This document shows positions 13,322 to 25,081 of a DNA stretch of 63,973 bases, piece after piece. The position numbers were made by a program, and so were the translations under genes. The notes under the pieces were generated by a model. The model had not been told where the DNA came from. It worked only from the letters and a program-made list of their open reading frames with translations, and did not search any database. The number at the start of each line of letters is the position of its first letter. Position 1 is the stretch's first letter. Source of the DNA: Vitrella brassicaformis CCMP3155 (lineage: Eukaryota; Protista; Chromerida). The stretch spans positions 186,028 through 250,000 of the forward strand of contig CDMY01000305.1 of assembly GCA_001179505.1 (NCBI GenBank), written 5' to 3'.

Positions 13322-15888
13322 ATGACTGATCTCAAGGCGTCTGATCTCGTCTGGGCAACGGCAAAGTGCGCCGTGGTCATCGGCGCCGGCAGTGTGTCGG
13401 CATGTGTGGTCGGCCAGTGCGTCTGCTCCGTCACCCGCTACTTGATGCGCAACAGAGAGTACAAAGACCTGCCGCCCAGGAAGGGGCTCATGCCGTTCGT
13501 GCGGGCGTTTGCGTCGGGAGAGAGCAAGGGCCAGTCCATAGATGGGCTGCTCGATGACTGGCGGTAAGTGAGAAAACGAACGGGGGCAGAAGACGCAAGG
13601 CAATGAATAAATCTCTGTCTGTCTGTCTGTCTGTCTGTCTGGCTGTGCCAGGGATCCCGACCATCCGGATCAGTTCCTGGAGGTACGCACATGTGTGGTG
13701 CACACGCGCAATGGCAGCTAGGCAGAAAAGAGTCGACACCCGGCATAGTGACCCTTGTCGGTCTGTGTTGTGTTTTGTATCGGTCTGTCTGGCAGGTGGT
13801 GGACATCGGTCCTGACTTCGCGGGCCGGCGATTGGTGGGCCTCAACCAGCCGGCCGCCATCGCCGAGGTGCTCGCAGATCAGGACAAATACCCCAAGGCA
13901 CCATTGATCGAGACGCTCGTGGAGATAGCGGGATATGGGTGAGGGAATGAGCAAAGGACGGGAAGCAGGCTTGCCTGTCTGCTTGCGGACTCATGAGTTG
14001 TGCTGGTGCTGGTGATGGTGTTTGTTTCTGTCAGGCTGGCGACGTCTAGTGGTGCGCTGTGGCATCGCCAGAGGAAGCTGCTATCGCCGCTGTTCCACTT
14101 CGGCGCACTCAGGGTGGCGCACAAGTTCATGGCGAGGAATGCCGACAGGCTGGTGCAGCAGCTGCTGGATGATGCCGCCAAGAGCGCCGACGGCACGGCA
14201 ACCATAAACAGACATCAAATCAGGTGAGAGCATCGGTGGGGGATGGATGGATGGATGGATGGATGGATGACGTGCAGACACGCTGGATTGTCCTCTGTGC
14301 TTTTGGCCATGCAGCGACCTCATGCTGCGCATTGTCGTGGACGCGGCCTTCTCCAGATGTGACTTCGATGTCGAGTGGTTCTCGTGGGCGTGCCAGAAGA
14401 TCGACAACCCCATGTACTGGCTCGGCAGACAAGTGCTGGGTAGGTCGGCAGACAGACAGGCAGGCAGCAGACAGACCATACACACACATAAGCAAGCCTT
14501 CATGGGTATTGGTCTCTTTATGCGCCTCGTCAGGTCACGCGTGGATGTACGTGCCCCTGCCGTCCGGCCTGGGTATTCAGATCCTCGTCAAGTAAACACA
14601 CACGGGGACACCGACAGAGGGAGGAGGGATACATGCGTGTGTGTGTGTGCCATCCGTCCGTCAGGCGTATGCGTCGTCGGATCATGTGCGAAATAGCCCA
14701 CCGGCGCGGCGCTGGTGCAGCGGCCGGACTGTCGGTTGACACGAAGGACCTGCTGGACGAGCTCATGGCTGTGGGCGACATGCCCGACCGACAAATCGTC
14801 GACGAGGCGCTCATCTTCCTCATCGCAGGTCGGTGGGCTGGGTAGCCAGGGCGCGGACAGAGTCATGCGCATGATGATTGTTGTCTAGGCCACGACACGA
14901 CAAGCAACTTGGTCGCGTGGACGCTGTACTTCCTCTCAAAACACCAAGACGTCCAGGTGGGTCATCCGACAGCACACTTGATTGAAGTCACTGTGCAGAT
15001 GGCGGCACACACCTGGCCATTCATGTGTGTCCGGGAGTGTGTGTGTGTGTGTGTGTAGGGTAAGGTCCAGAGTGAGATTGATGATTTGGGTGGGCGGCCC
15101 ATCACGTTCGACGATTTGCCCAAACTGGAATACCTCAGATGCGTCCTCAAAGAAGTCTCGAGGTCAGTCAATTGCAGAGCGAGATACACGCACACACAAA
15201 CATGTCACTGGTGCCACCGACTGTGGGTGCCCTTCCCCTGCCTCCCTGCCTCCTTCCCTCTCTGTGTGTGTGTGGTGGTGCGTCCAGGGTGCGTCCGGTG
15301 GTGCCCTTCCTCGAGCGTCTTCTGAAAGTGCCACTCGAAGTCAACGGCATCACTCTGCCCAAAGGTAGGTACCCCTTGGCTTGGCGCAGCGCACCCATTC
15401 CGACAGACACGTGGATGCGGCAATTGAGGCAGACAGTGCGCGTCTCTCTCCTTGGTGCAGGCACGATTGTCTGGCTGAACTTCATGGCAGTGCACCACGA
15501 CGCTCGCTACTGGCCGGCGCCCTCTGTGTTTCGCCCGGAGCGGTGGATGGAGGGCACTGAGGGCACATCGCAGCCAATGGCACACTCACACGCATTCCTA
15601 CCATTCGGCGCGGGCCCCAGGAACTGCATCGGACAGAAGTTCGCCATGTGAGCTGAGCGATGAGAACCGAAACATAGAAAAGGCATGGATGTCACGCAGC
15701 CGCTGTCTGTTGTGTCTTCTGCTGCGTCGTGGTGTGTGTGTGTCAGGCAAGAGGCGCAGGTGGTCATCGCGTCTGTGTTGCGATCCTTCTCGGTCAGCCT
15801 TGACGGCGAAGATCGGGTGGTGCCGGTGCTCGCCCTCAACATAGCACCGGCCAACCTCGCCCTGCGTGTCAGAAAGAGACGCACATGA
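13322..15888 (+). CDS. Cytochrome P450, membrane anchored
   Basis: I-helix DEALIFLIAGHDTT, K-helix ExxR (KEVSR), PERW and heme motif AFLPFGAGPRNCIG. Hydrophobic N-terminal anchor; multi-exon. Confidence 0.95.
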
Positions 15889-16412
15889 GCTGCTGACTGA
15901 ACGGGGCAGCTCTCATACATACCAGCTGAGAGGGAGGGAGGGATGATGGGCAGCTGAGGAGGGAATGAGGGGCACACACTGCCCATATCATATGTGGATG
16001 GATGGATCTGTCTGTTGCTGTTCTTGGGTCTGTGACACTTTGTCGGTTTTTGGGTACTGTACGTGCATCTCAGACCTCTTTTTTGGTGCTCGTTAGCTCG
16101 TTCGTCTATCCGGACACTGCATGTCTGCATGTCGTTTCTGTGTGTTTATCCTCGCCTGCCTCCTTTCTGGTGTGGTGTGGTTCTGTCTTGTCTTTGTGGA
16201 CACGGGGACGGTCCGGGTTGACAACTGGCGGCTGCCTGTCTTTTCGTGTCTCTGTCTGGCTCTTTGTCGTTTTTCCAGTCGCGTGCAGCTCGGTGACCTT
16301 TTTTCGTGCATGAGGCTCATACTGTTGACGTCAGGATGGATGTCAATCAGCGATATGTACCATGTACCGAGACACATACCCAATTTGAAACATTCATTCA
16401 GCTGGATGCCGT

Positions 16413-16501
16413 TCAGGCACCACACACTATAAGTACACGTGCTGTCCATGAAGAGCCAGCTACAGAGAATCGGTGCGCACACGAACACACACACAGACAG
16501 A

Positions 16502-16536
<35 letters not shown>

Positions 16537-18290
16537 GTAGGTTTGGCTGGTTGGTCAAAAATGTATGCAAATGTGCAATGTAACAGTCGCAGCAGATATA
16601 AAATGTAGGCAGCGATAAGTAAGAGAGCCCCACTGATGAATACCAGTGTGTACAATGTGGCCACGTCCAGACGCGCCCGAGGCACCACCTCACGCACGCC
16701 GAGGCGCCTGTGCCGGCCACCCTCTCTCACCCACCGCCTGCCCGCCTTGCCCAGCCCCGGTCACTTCCACCACACTCTTCCACCACTGCACCAGCACTGC
16801 CACCATCCGTCCGCCCTTGCCAATCTCGGCGTTGCCCACCACCTCTCGATTGCTGGCCGTCCTGGTGGCTGCCTGCTTGACGAAATGGTCGACGGCAGCA
16901 CTCACGCGGCGTTTGAGAAGCGAATCGGCACGGGCAGCCGACGGGTCGTGGAGGAACGAGCCGACCTTGCATGCGATTGCCATCGCCTCCTGTGGGCCGA
17001 ATGTGAAGCTGGACGGGGAGGGATGAGGGTGAGCGCCATCGTGGTGGGGCACCGCGGGCAGCAGGCAGCCGAGGCCTGAACCTGCAGCCCGCACAGACAG
17101 GCACACAGGGAGAGCGAGACGATGCCCTGACGATCAATAGCAAAGGTTGCTGACCATGGATGCTGAAGTACGGCGGCGGTGGTTGGCCTCTGCAGTGGGT
17201 CGTTGGCCGTCATCCATCCGATGAGGGCCTTCATGTCGGCGGATATGTCACGATAAAATGGCCCGGCCTGAATGCACGGCGCAATGGCATGGATACACAT
17301 GCTCACATTTATAGTTGGCTGCCCACTAACCGGCTCTACGGTGTTTGCCTCCCTGTCTTGCACTGATACCCCCATATCTCCGTCACTCGGCCGTCGTCAC
17401 ATATGAAGATGAAGAGGTCATGCAAGGGGGAAGCTGCTGACGGCGGGCTAGTTCGAGGTCCATTGTGGCCATAGTCCATGAGCAAACGAAGCATCCGCCC
17501 CAATGAGAAGACCGTCGCCTTTTCCGCCGCGAACACGCGATAGCAGCATAATGTCTGCACGCACAATAGAGGATGCGCATGGATGTATGTCCTCTAGATT
17601 TCTGCTAGCTGACCTCGGGCGCCATGAAAAACCTCACACCCCGAGCCTCCTCGCCGCCGTACACGAGCCCACCCTGTTTGTGTCAGTCAAGACACACATC
17701 CACATATCCGACATACACGTATTTCATCATTTAGACATTAAGTACGTGTTTTGGATCGAAGAAAGGTGCGTTGTCGAAGTCGATCAGCTTTGGCATGTTC
17801 TTGGCGTCGAACAGAATCTTATCAAGGTGCTGATCTCTGAATGATACCACGACACACGCCACATGCGACACACGAATGCATGATGCGTACGTGTGCCTGC
17901 CAACGTACCCGTGGTAAATGCCCTTCTGGATGACAGGCGTCATCCACTGGCGTGCCACGTCCTCACTGATGCAGGACTTGTAGGCCTCGTCTCGATGGCG
18001 CTCCTCAAGTCTGTACAGCAGGCTCCCGCCTGGCAGCATGTCGGTCTCCAGGTAGCTGACCTCGGCGAAGTGATCAACCTACAGCATTCATCCACCCATG
18101 CATTGAGTGTGTGTGTGTGTCTAAATGGTTGCTTACCGCATACAACTCGGCCACCCCCGGTATGTCCTTGGCAGCCTCCATGATGGAGATCTCACGCTGG
18201 ACATCACCCATAAAGTCGGCCTCGTGCATCATGCGCAGGGCCACCACCTTGTCGTCCTTGTCGTGCTTCACCCCACTCCGTGGGCTTCTT
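16413..18290 (-). CDS. Protein kinase-like protein (probable pseudokinase) with a C-terminal hydrophobic segment; boundaries uncertain, 5' exons may reach about 19340
   Basis: Exons give VVALR (beta3), QREISIM (alphaC), PGGSLL, IYHGDQHLDKIL (catalytic loop), LIDFDNA, TVFSLG and DPLQRPTTAAVLQHPW. A TM-like LYTLVFISGALLLIAAYILYL follows downstream. Confidence 0.55.
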
Positions 18291-19573
18291 CCTGAGTGCT
18301 GTGGTTACTTTTGCGATCGTATTCCACGTGTCAGGGAGGCCACGCTGCAGGGCAAATGCCACGACACCCAGCGCCTTGAAAAAAGCCGCGAGGCCCTCCT
18401 GCAGCGGGGCGGCCTACTGCACAAAGAGTACGGAAGCATCAGAATGCACGTAAACGCGTCGATGGGTCACTCACCACATCTCCATGTCGTCTCCCATCAG
18501 CGATGCGTGAGATGAGGACACTCAGGAATCGCTCATGGCCATAGTCAGCATTCTGAATGCACACAACACACAAATACGCATCCAATCGTGGCTGCCTATT
18601 GGGAGTACTGCACGTTGTTGTACTATCGTATCAGATTGTCGAGCTCGATCCCAGGCGCCCCACGTCGCGTCAAGAGGCCAGGGGAGACCGGCACGCAGCA
18701 CTCGGGTCCACGGCGAAGAGAAGGGCGATGAGACGCGGCAGCTGAAGGGAACAAAACATGCAGAGAAGGATTTCTTTTGTGTACTTTTGTGCCTGTTTGT
18801 GCGTCTGTCTGTCTGTTATCACTGACCGGTATGCGTACCTGGCACAACAGTGAGGCCTCGAGAAAGCATCTCCCTCGTTGCCACCAGCCGCCGCTCTCTG
18901 CAGAGCTCGCGGGCGGCGAGGTCTTCGAGTACGCCCGGCGACGAATTGATCAGCACACGCAACAACCTGAAACAGAACTCCTCCGTTGTCAACTTCGACC
19001 CCACTCATTGATTCACTTAGAGGGGGGAGGTGCTGATTGCTGGAAGGCGTGGAAACAACTTGAGGAGTGAGTCCATCTTGCACACCGCGGAGCGGAGTCG
19101 CGGTGAAATCAACCGAAGAACGAAATTAGCCGTCCTGTACAGGCCCTACGATTTCCTCATCCTCGTCGCGCCCGCTCCGGCGGCCGGGCAAGCCCTTCAC
19201 GTACTTGTTGCAGCGAAGAGCGCCATCATCGACCCGCTCGCCCTGGTCTTTGTGTCGTCGCTGCAATTGTGGGACAAAACCGTCTCCTGTCTGCACCTCG
19301 GGCGAGAATTCCTGTCATCGAGATTTCTCGCCGCCTTCATGCGGCCTCCTCACTATCCACGGTTGGAGGAAGCTATGAATGCGATCCATCCCTTGCGAGC
19401 TTGAAATCGCAAGAATCGGCTCTTCCCCGGCAGCGCTTCTTCAGGCGCAGACCTGCCTCACTGAGCCTTCTCCATCCGTTTCTCTCTGACTGATCTGCGC
19501 AGAATGGCGAGATCTTGTTTGTGGATGCGGCTATTCGGTTGAGCCTTATCTTTCCTCGACGCAGGCTGTGGAG

Positions 19574-22500
19574 ATGACCACAGGCGGCAGCACGTCCGAG
19601 CCTCGACAGCAGAAGAAGAATATATGGCGACGAATGGTGACAAAGAGCACACGCGAGCACACAGCAGTCTTCATTCTCCCTGTGTGTGTCCATTGTGTGT
19701 CCTGCATTTCACTGCAGGTGCGTCGCAAGCCGTCGCATCTCATCCGCGAGGAGCTCCATCTTGACGCTGATGAACCACCCTCTGCCTCACTGACCGTCAG
19801 CGCACCACTCCCAACAGACTCACCGGTCGGGCTGCGCAAGTGCATCACCTTTGCCGACCTCGTGCTCTTCGGCATCGGGGCCACTGTCGGTACCTGACAA
19901 CCACACACACGACAAGAAGAGGAAGACGATCATAGCAGAGGTGGGCGTCGGTCTGGCTGCTTGTTGCAGGTGCGGGTATCTTTGTGGTGACTGGTGAGGG
20001 CGGCCGCATGGCTGGGCCGGGCCTCGTCTTGTCGTTTGTGACGGCCTGCGGCGGCTGCCTGCTCTCGGCGCTCGCCTACGCCGAGTTCGCCAGCGACATT
20101 CCCAGCGCGGGATCGGCCTACACATTCGTCTACAGCAGCCTCGGGGAGCTGTTTGCTTTTCTCAACGGTCTTTTCCTCGTCATGGAGTACGGCCTCTCAG
20201 GTAGAGATGAACACACTCATTGATTGGGGCGAGAAGAATCGTGGCTGCCTTTGTGTGTGTCCATCCATCCATCCATCCGTTAGGTGCTGCTATTGCTAAG
20301 GGCTGGACGGCCTACGTGACGAGCCTGTTGTCATACAAGAATGCCGATGGCGAGGTCATCAACTACCTGCCACCATTCCTCAGAGATTACCAGGTGCACA
20401 GCACAGCACACCGATCACACGGACACACAGGGATCGATGCGGTGCACGTGGTCTCTTTGCCGGCCAGGTAAACGACTGGCTGAGTTGGTCTCCCCTGTCT
20501 GGGCTGCTGGTGCTCTTCCTGACGGCGATATCGGTGTTGGGCATCAGCAGCACCAAGGCCTTCAACGGATGCATCACTTTCCTGAACATCGCTCTCATAC
20601 TCATCTTCGTCGCGACCGGGCTCAGATACACCAGCGCCAGCAACTGGGTAAAACAGAAAGACAACTGATGCATCCAGGCGGCTGACCATGGCATGTGTCA
20701 GGATCCCTTCTTCCCCGGCCACTTTAGCGGCGTCATGCAGGCCGCTGGCGTGGTCTTCTTTTCCTACATCGGCTTCGACTCAGGTAGGTGGGTGGTGCGT
20801 GTGGCTGGATGTTTCCATTCCCTCGGGAGTGTGTGTGTGTCATCCTCTACTCAGTGACGACGTTGAGTGAGGAGGTTGCGGACAAGCGCATCATCCCGCT
20901 GGCCATCTTTGCGTCCCTCTTCATCGTCACCACCCTATACTGCCTCACCAGCATTGTACTCACAGGCAAGACATGTCAAGCGGCACCACACCACACCACA
21001 CACACCGACATGGCGCCTCTTGATGAATGAATGGTTTTTACCGTTTGGTTAGGTATGGTGGCCTCCCCCGAGTTGGATCTCGGCACGCCCCTCGCGTCAG
21101 CATTCAAAAAACACGGAGCAAACGCACTCGCATTCCTCGTGAGCAAGCGTGACACCGGCAGTCGATCCATGGATGGATGGATGGATGTGTTTGTATCCGT
21201 GTGTCCATGTGTGTGTCAGGTGTCCTTGGGCGCTGTGACGAGCACCATGGCCACGAGCCTGGCGAGTCTGGTGGGGCAGCCGCGGATATTCTATCGCATG
21301 AGCTGCGACGGCCTGCTCTGGCCAATATTCGGTCAGCGTCCACACACCTGTGGCTGTGACACATCCATCCTTTCTCACGTGTGTATGTGGATTGTGCGTG
21401 AGGATTGGATGCAGCCAAGGTTGACCGTCAGCGGCAGATCCCCTTCTATGGCGCCCTCATCAGCGGCATCTCGTGTGCGCTGCTCAGCGCCCTTGTCAAC
21501 TTCGGTTGGATAAGAAGAGACACACAGCACGCCCTCCACCTCCCCCCATCAATCGTCGCCCTGCTCTTCTCCAGGTGCTTTGGTTGACGTTATATCTGCC
21601 GGGACGTTGCTGGCATTCACCTCGGTGTGTGCGGGTCTCATCATCAGGCGGGCCGACAGCCCCACCGACCAGCATCAGCAGGTGCCGAGATACGAGGCCG
21701 TTCCCACAGAGGAGGACCCCTCCACAGCCCCGCCCCTATCCACCATCGACAGCAGCATTGACAACATGTCATCGTCGCCGGATCTCTCCGTCAGTGAGCC
21801 ATCCAGCCCCCAGGCGGCCAACGACACGCCATCTGCAGCAGCATCGCCGCAGCCAAGGAGAGCAAGTGATGGGTCGAGCGGGAGGGTGGGGCATGTGCGA
21901 GACATGGGTGCCGAAGGGGCGACGGCAGCGAGGGTGCGGTGGAAGGCGCGGCTTGGGTGGGCGGTGGGTGGGTACTTCTCATCGTGCATTGCGTTTGGCT
22001 ACGCTGTGGTAGGAAGGAGACCAAAAGTCTGCCACGACTGTCTCTATGCATCAGTGTGTCTATATCGATGTATGCAGGCCAGCACCACCTCGTCTCTCCT
22101 TGTCTTCGCAGCCGTCTTCCTTCTCATTTCGACCGCCGCGGCCGTCGCCTACTCCTACCGCATGACCCTCAGGAGCCCCCCCGCTCCCCCACCTCACCCA
22201 CCAGTACCGCCACCAGCCGCCCTCAGCGGCACCGCAGACCCATCAGTCGTGGGCCGGCCGTCCTCGCCCACATATCGTCCCAAACAGCGGCACTCGCTCG
22301 ATGAGGAGGGAGAGAGCGGCGGCATTGAGATGACCGCCATGCCGTCGCGAGAGAGGGAAAGCGATGAGGGCGGGGTGGGACATGGCGGTGAGGGTGAGAA
22401 GTACATGAGGGGTGGTGGTGGTGGTGATGGTGATAACGGGTTTCGGTGTCCCTGTGTGCCGCTGCTGCCGATGGTTGGGATGCTCATCAACTGCTACCTT

Positions 22501-22680
22501 GTCTGCAGCTTAAAGGTACGCACACAGACAGACATGCCCACATATGTGTGTCAGGCAAAGAGCGTGTGTGTGTCTCAGGTGGATGCCTTTTATCGCTGTG
22601 TGGCGACTGTGGTCCTGGGTTTGGTCATCTACCTGGCATATGGCGTGCACCATAGCACAATGGAGCGGCAATACAATTAA
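19574..22680 (+). CDS. Cationic amino-acid transporter (APC superfamily, CAT/SLC7-like)
   Basis: DLVLFGIGATVG(A)GIFV, AYAEFASDIPSAGSAYTF, VFFSYIGFD, GQPRIFYRMSCDGL and C-terminal FRCPCVPLLP..YLAYGVHHS. Confidence 0.93.
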
Positions 22681-23029
22681 GGAGGCCACTCACTGAGGGA
22701 TGGAGGGAGGGCTATTTGCAATTTGGTCAATGAAGGCTGCACAGTGCACTCTTCGTCTCTTGCCGCTCAAGTGCATGAGCGACTGGTGGTGGTGTATAGC
22801 AGCGGTCGACGATGACACGTGCCATCGTGTGTATAGCTTGACTTGACCGACACACACAATTGAATGATCTTTTCAAGCCTCAAAACATCACAATACTGAT
22901 CGAACGGGCAAGAAAAGTCGCAGGCGCACATGCGAAATGCAACAACACGCTCCCACTACTAAGCAGACCAAGAACTTGCATATCAGCCACCGATTCCCTT
23001 GGCTGTCCGTCCGTCCGTCTCGAGGTCGC

Positions 23030-24355
23030 TCAATTCGCTTTCAGGAATGCCTCAAATCTGTCGACCTCCTCGGCAGTGCCGCAGCACATCGGCAGCCGAT
23101 GCTCCATCTTCTCTATCGCCTGTATGAACGCACCCATTCACACCCACCCACACACACAGCCAGCGTGAGTGAATGGTATGGGCGTCGCGTCCACTCATCA
23201 TCAACTGACCACATCGAGGACGGATTTCTCCCCTCCCACAGTGGTCTTGCCGCCGGCCGCCTCGATCAGAAATGCGATGGGCGCACACTCGAAGACCAGC
23301 CGCAGCTTGGCCGGCGCCTTGTCGGAGGCAGGGTTGCAGAAGACACCCTGCCCCTGCACACACATACACACGCATACGTGCGCGCGTGTGTGTGTTGTGT
23401 GGATGGATGGATGGATGTGTGTGTGTGTGTGGACGCACGTACCTTGACGAACAGCTGGTACACGTCGGGCACCAGGCCACCTGTGTACCGCAGCGTGTAG
23501 CGCTTCTCGAGCCAGTACTCGATTAGCTTCCGATAGGCCACACTGTCCTGGTTGGCCCGCAGGTTGGCCGGGGCGAAGATCTTGGCGCCTGAGGGTGCGA
23601 TGGAGGTGGTGGGGCGGCTGAGGATCCACTGATCGGCGGCCTGCAGGGTGTACTCCTGAGGGGCTATGTTGTTGCCGGTGACGAGGAGGGTGGCGCGAGG
23701 GCCATACACAGCCAACATGCTCGCCACCTGCTGACGACCTGCAACACACAAGAGAGAGAGAGAGAGAGAGAACGTGCACCACACGGGAGCATAGCATGTG
23801 TTTGGATGGGTCTGAAAGCTGACTGACCTGTGACGCCGATGAGTGAGTCCTTTCCCTTCCATTCGAACCCGTTGGCGCCGATCTTCCATATGGCGATGAT
23901 GGTGCCAACGGTCCAGTTGCAGTCGACAATGGAGCTGCCGTCCAGCGGGTCCCAACACACCACATACCTCCCGCCCTCAACCAACTCCTGAATGACACAC
24001 CAACCAGCCAACCAGCCAATATGAAGACAACAGAACCATACACGCCTGCACCTGCATCACAGATCTGACTGATGTATCTGCTCACCTTGAGCTCGGGCTC
24101 CTCTTCACTCGCAGCCGCCTTGACGAGGCCGCATTTTTCGGCCTCGGCGAACATGATCTTGTCGGCGATGACGTCCACCGTCAGCTGCACGTCGCCGAAC
24201 TTGTTGGAGGTGCCCACAGAGGTCACCAGGGAGGTGCTCAGCGCCCTCGCGATGTCCTTGCATGCCTTCGCGAAAGTGCCGAGAAGGCTCTCGAGCTCGG
24301 GATCTTTGACCACCTTGAGGCCGTCCTCCAGCGCAGGGCCGCCAGCCGACGCCAT
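23030..24355 (-). CDS. SBP: Sedoheptulose-1,7-bisphosphatase (FBPase class I family), no obvious targeting peptide
   Basis: [39 protein letters not shown] (SBPase-type) and [20 protein letters not shown]. Last exon [29 protein letters not shown] ends at 23030. Confidence 0.9.
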
Positions 24356-25081
24356 TCCGCTCCCTTTCTCCTCCCTACCTTTCTAAGCTCGCAAATGGGA
24401 GATGACTGATCTGACTGCATTAGCTGTCTGTCGGCGTGAGTGAGAGATGTAGGGCTCGTCATTGAAGCAGCATTCAACCGCACTCATTGCTTCGCGAGAT
24501 GAGCCCCTTCACCGGTTCTCAGAGTCTCTGAGGAGGCCTCGGGCTGGTGCGGGTCGGTGCGGACAGACATCGCACAGCCCCTTCAGTCATTCTGCATCAG
24601 GTCCGTGCCGATCACTCGTTTGTGCAGCGGGATGATGAAAGAACACTCACTGGATGGATGGACGGATGGATGGGGTGGCAGATGGTGCAGATTGACGGCG
24701 ATTTGGTATCAATCAATTGATCTTTGATCATCTGGTAAGCATGAAACACGAGCTGACGGCTGTGGCACATCCATTGCCTCGGTTCGCTGCTGTGCAGGTG
24801 TTTCCTTGTCGTGAATGAGTGAGTATGGATACCATCATGACGAGCACACAGGCGGCAGCCGCAGGTGGGCTGGAGGCGGGCACCACCACACACGCATACA
24901 CATGACGGCTCATGCAATCATGAGTGTGTAACATTCGTGTGTGTCAGCCGCCGGAGCTGGCAATTCGAGTAGCAGCGACACCCAAACGGAGCAGTCGGTG
25001 AGCCATCGCAATGAAGGCAGGCCTCCAATCAAGACACTCGTCACCGCATGATATCGATGATGTCGCGTCTTGTATGCAGAG

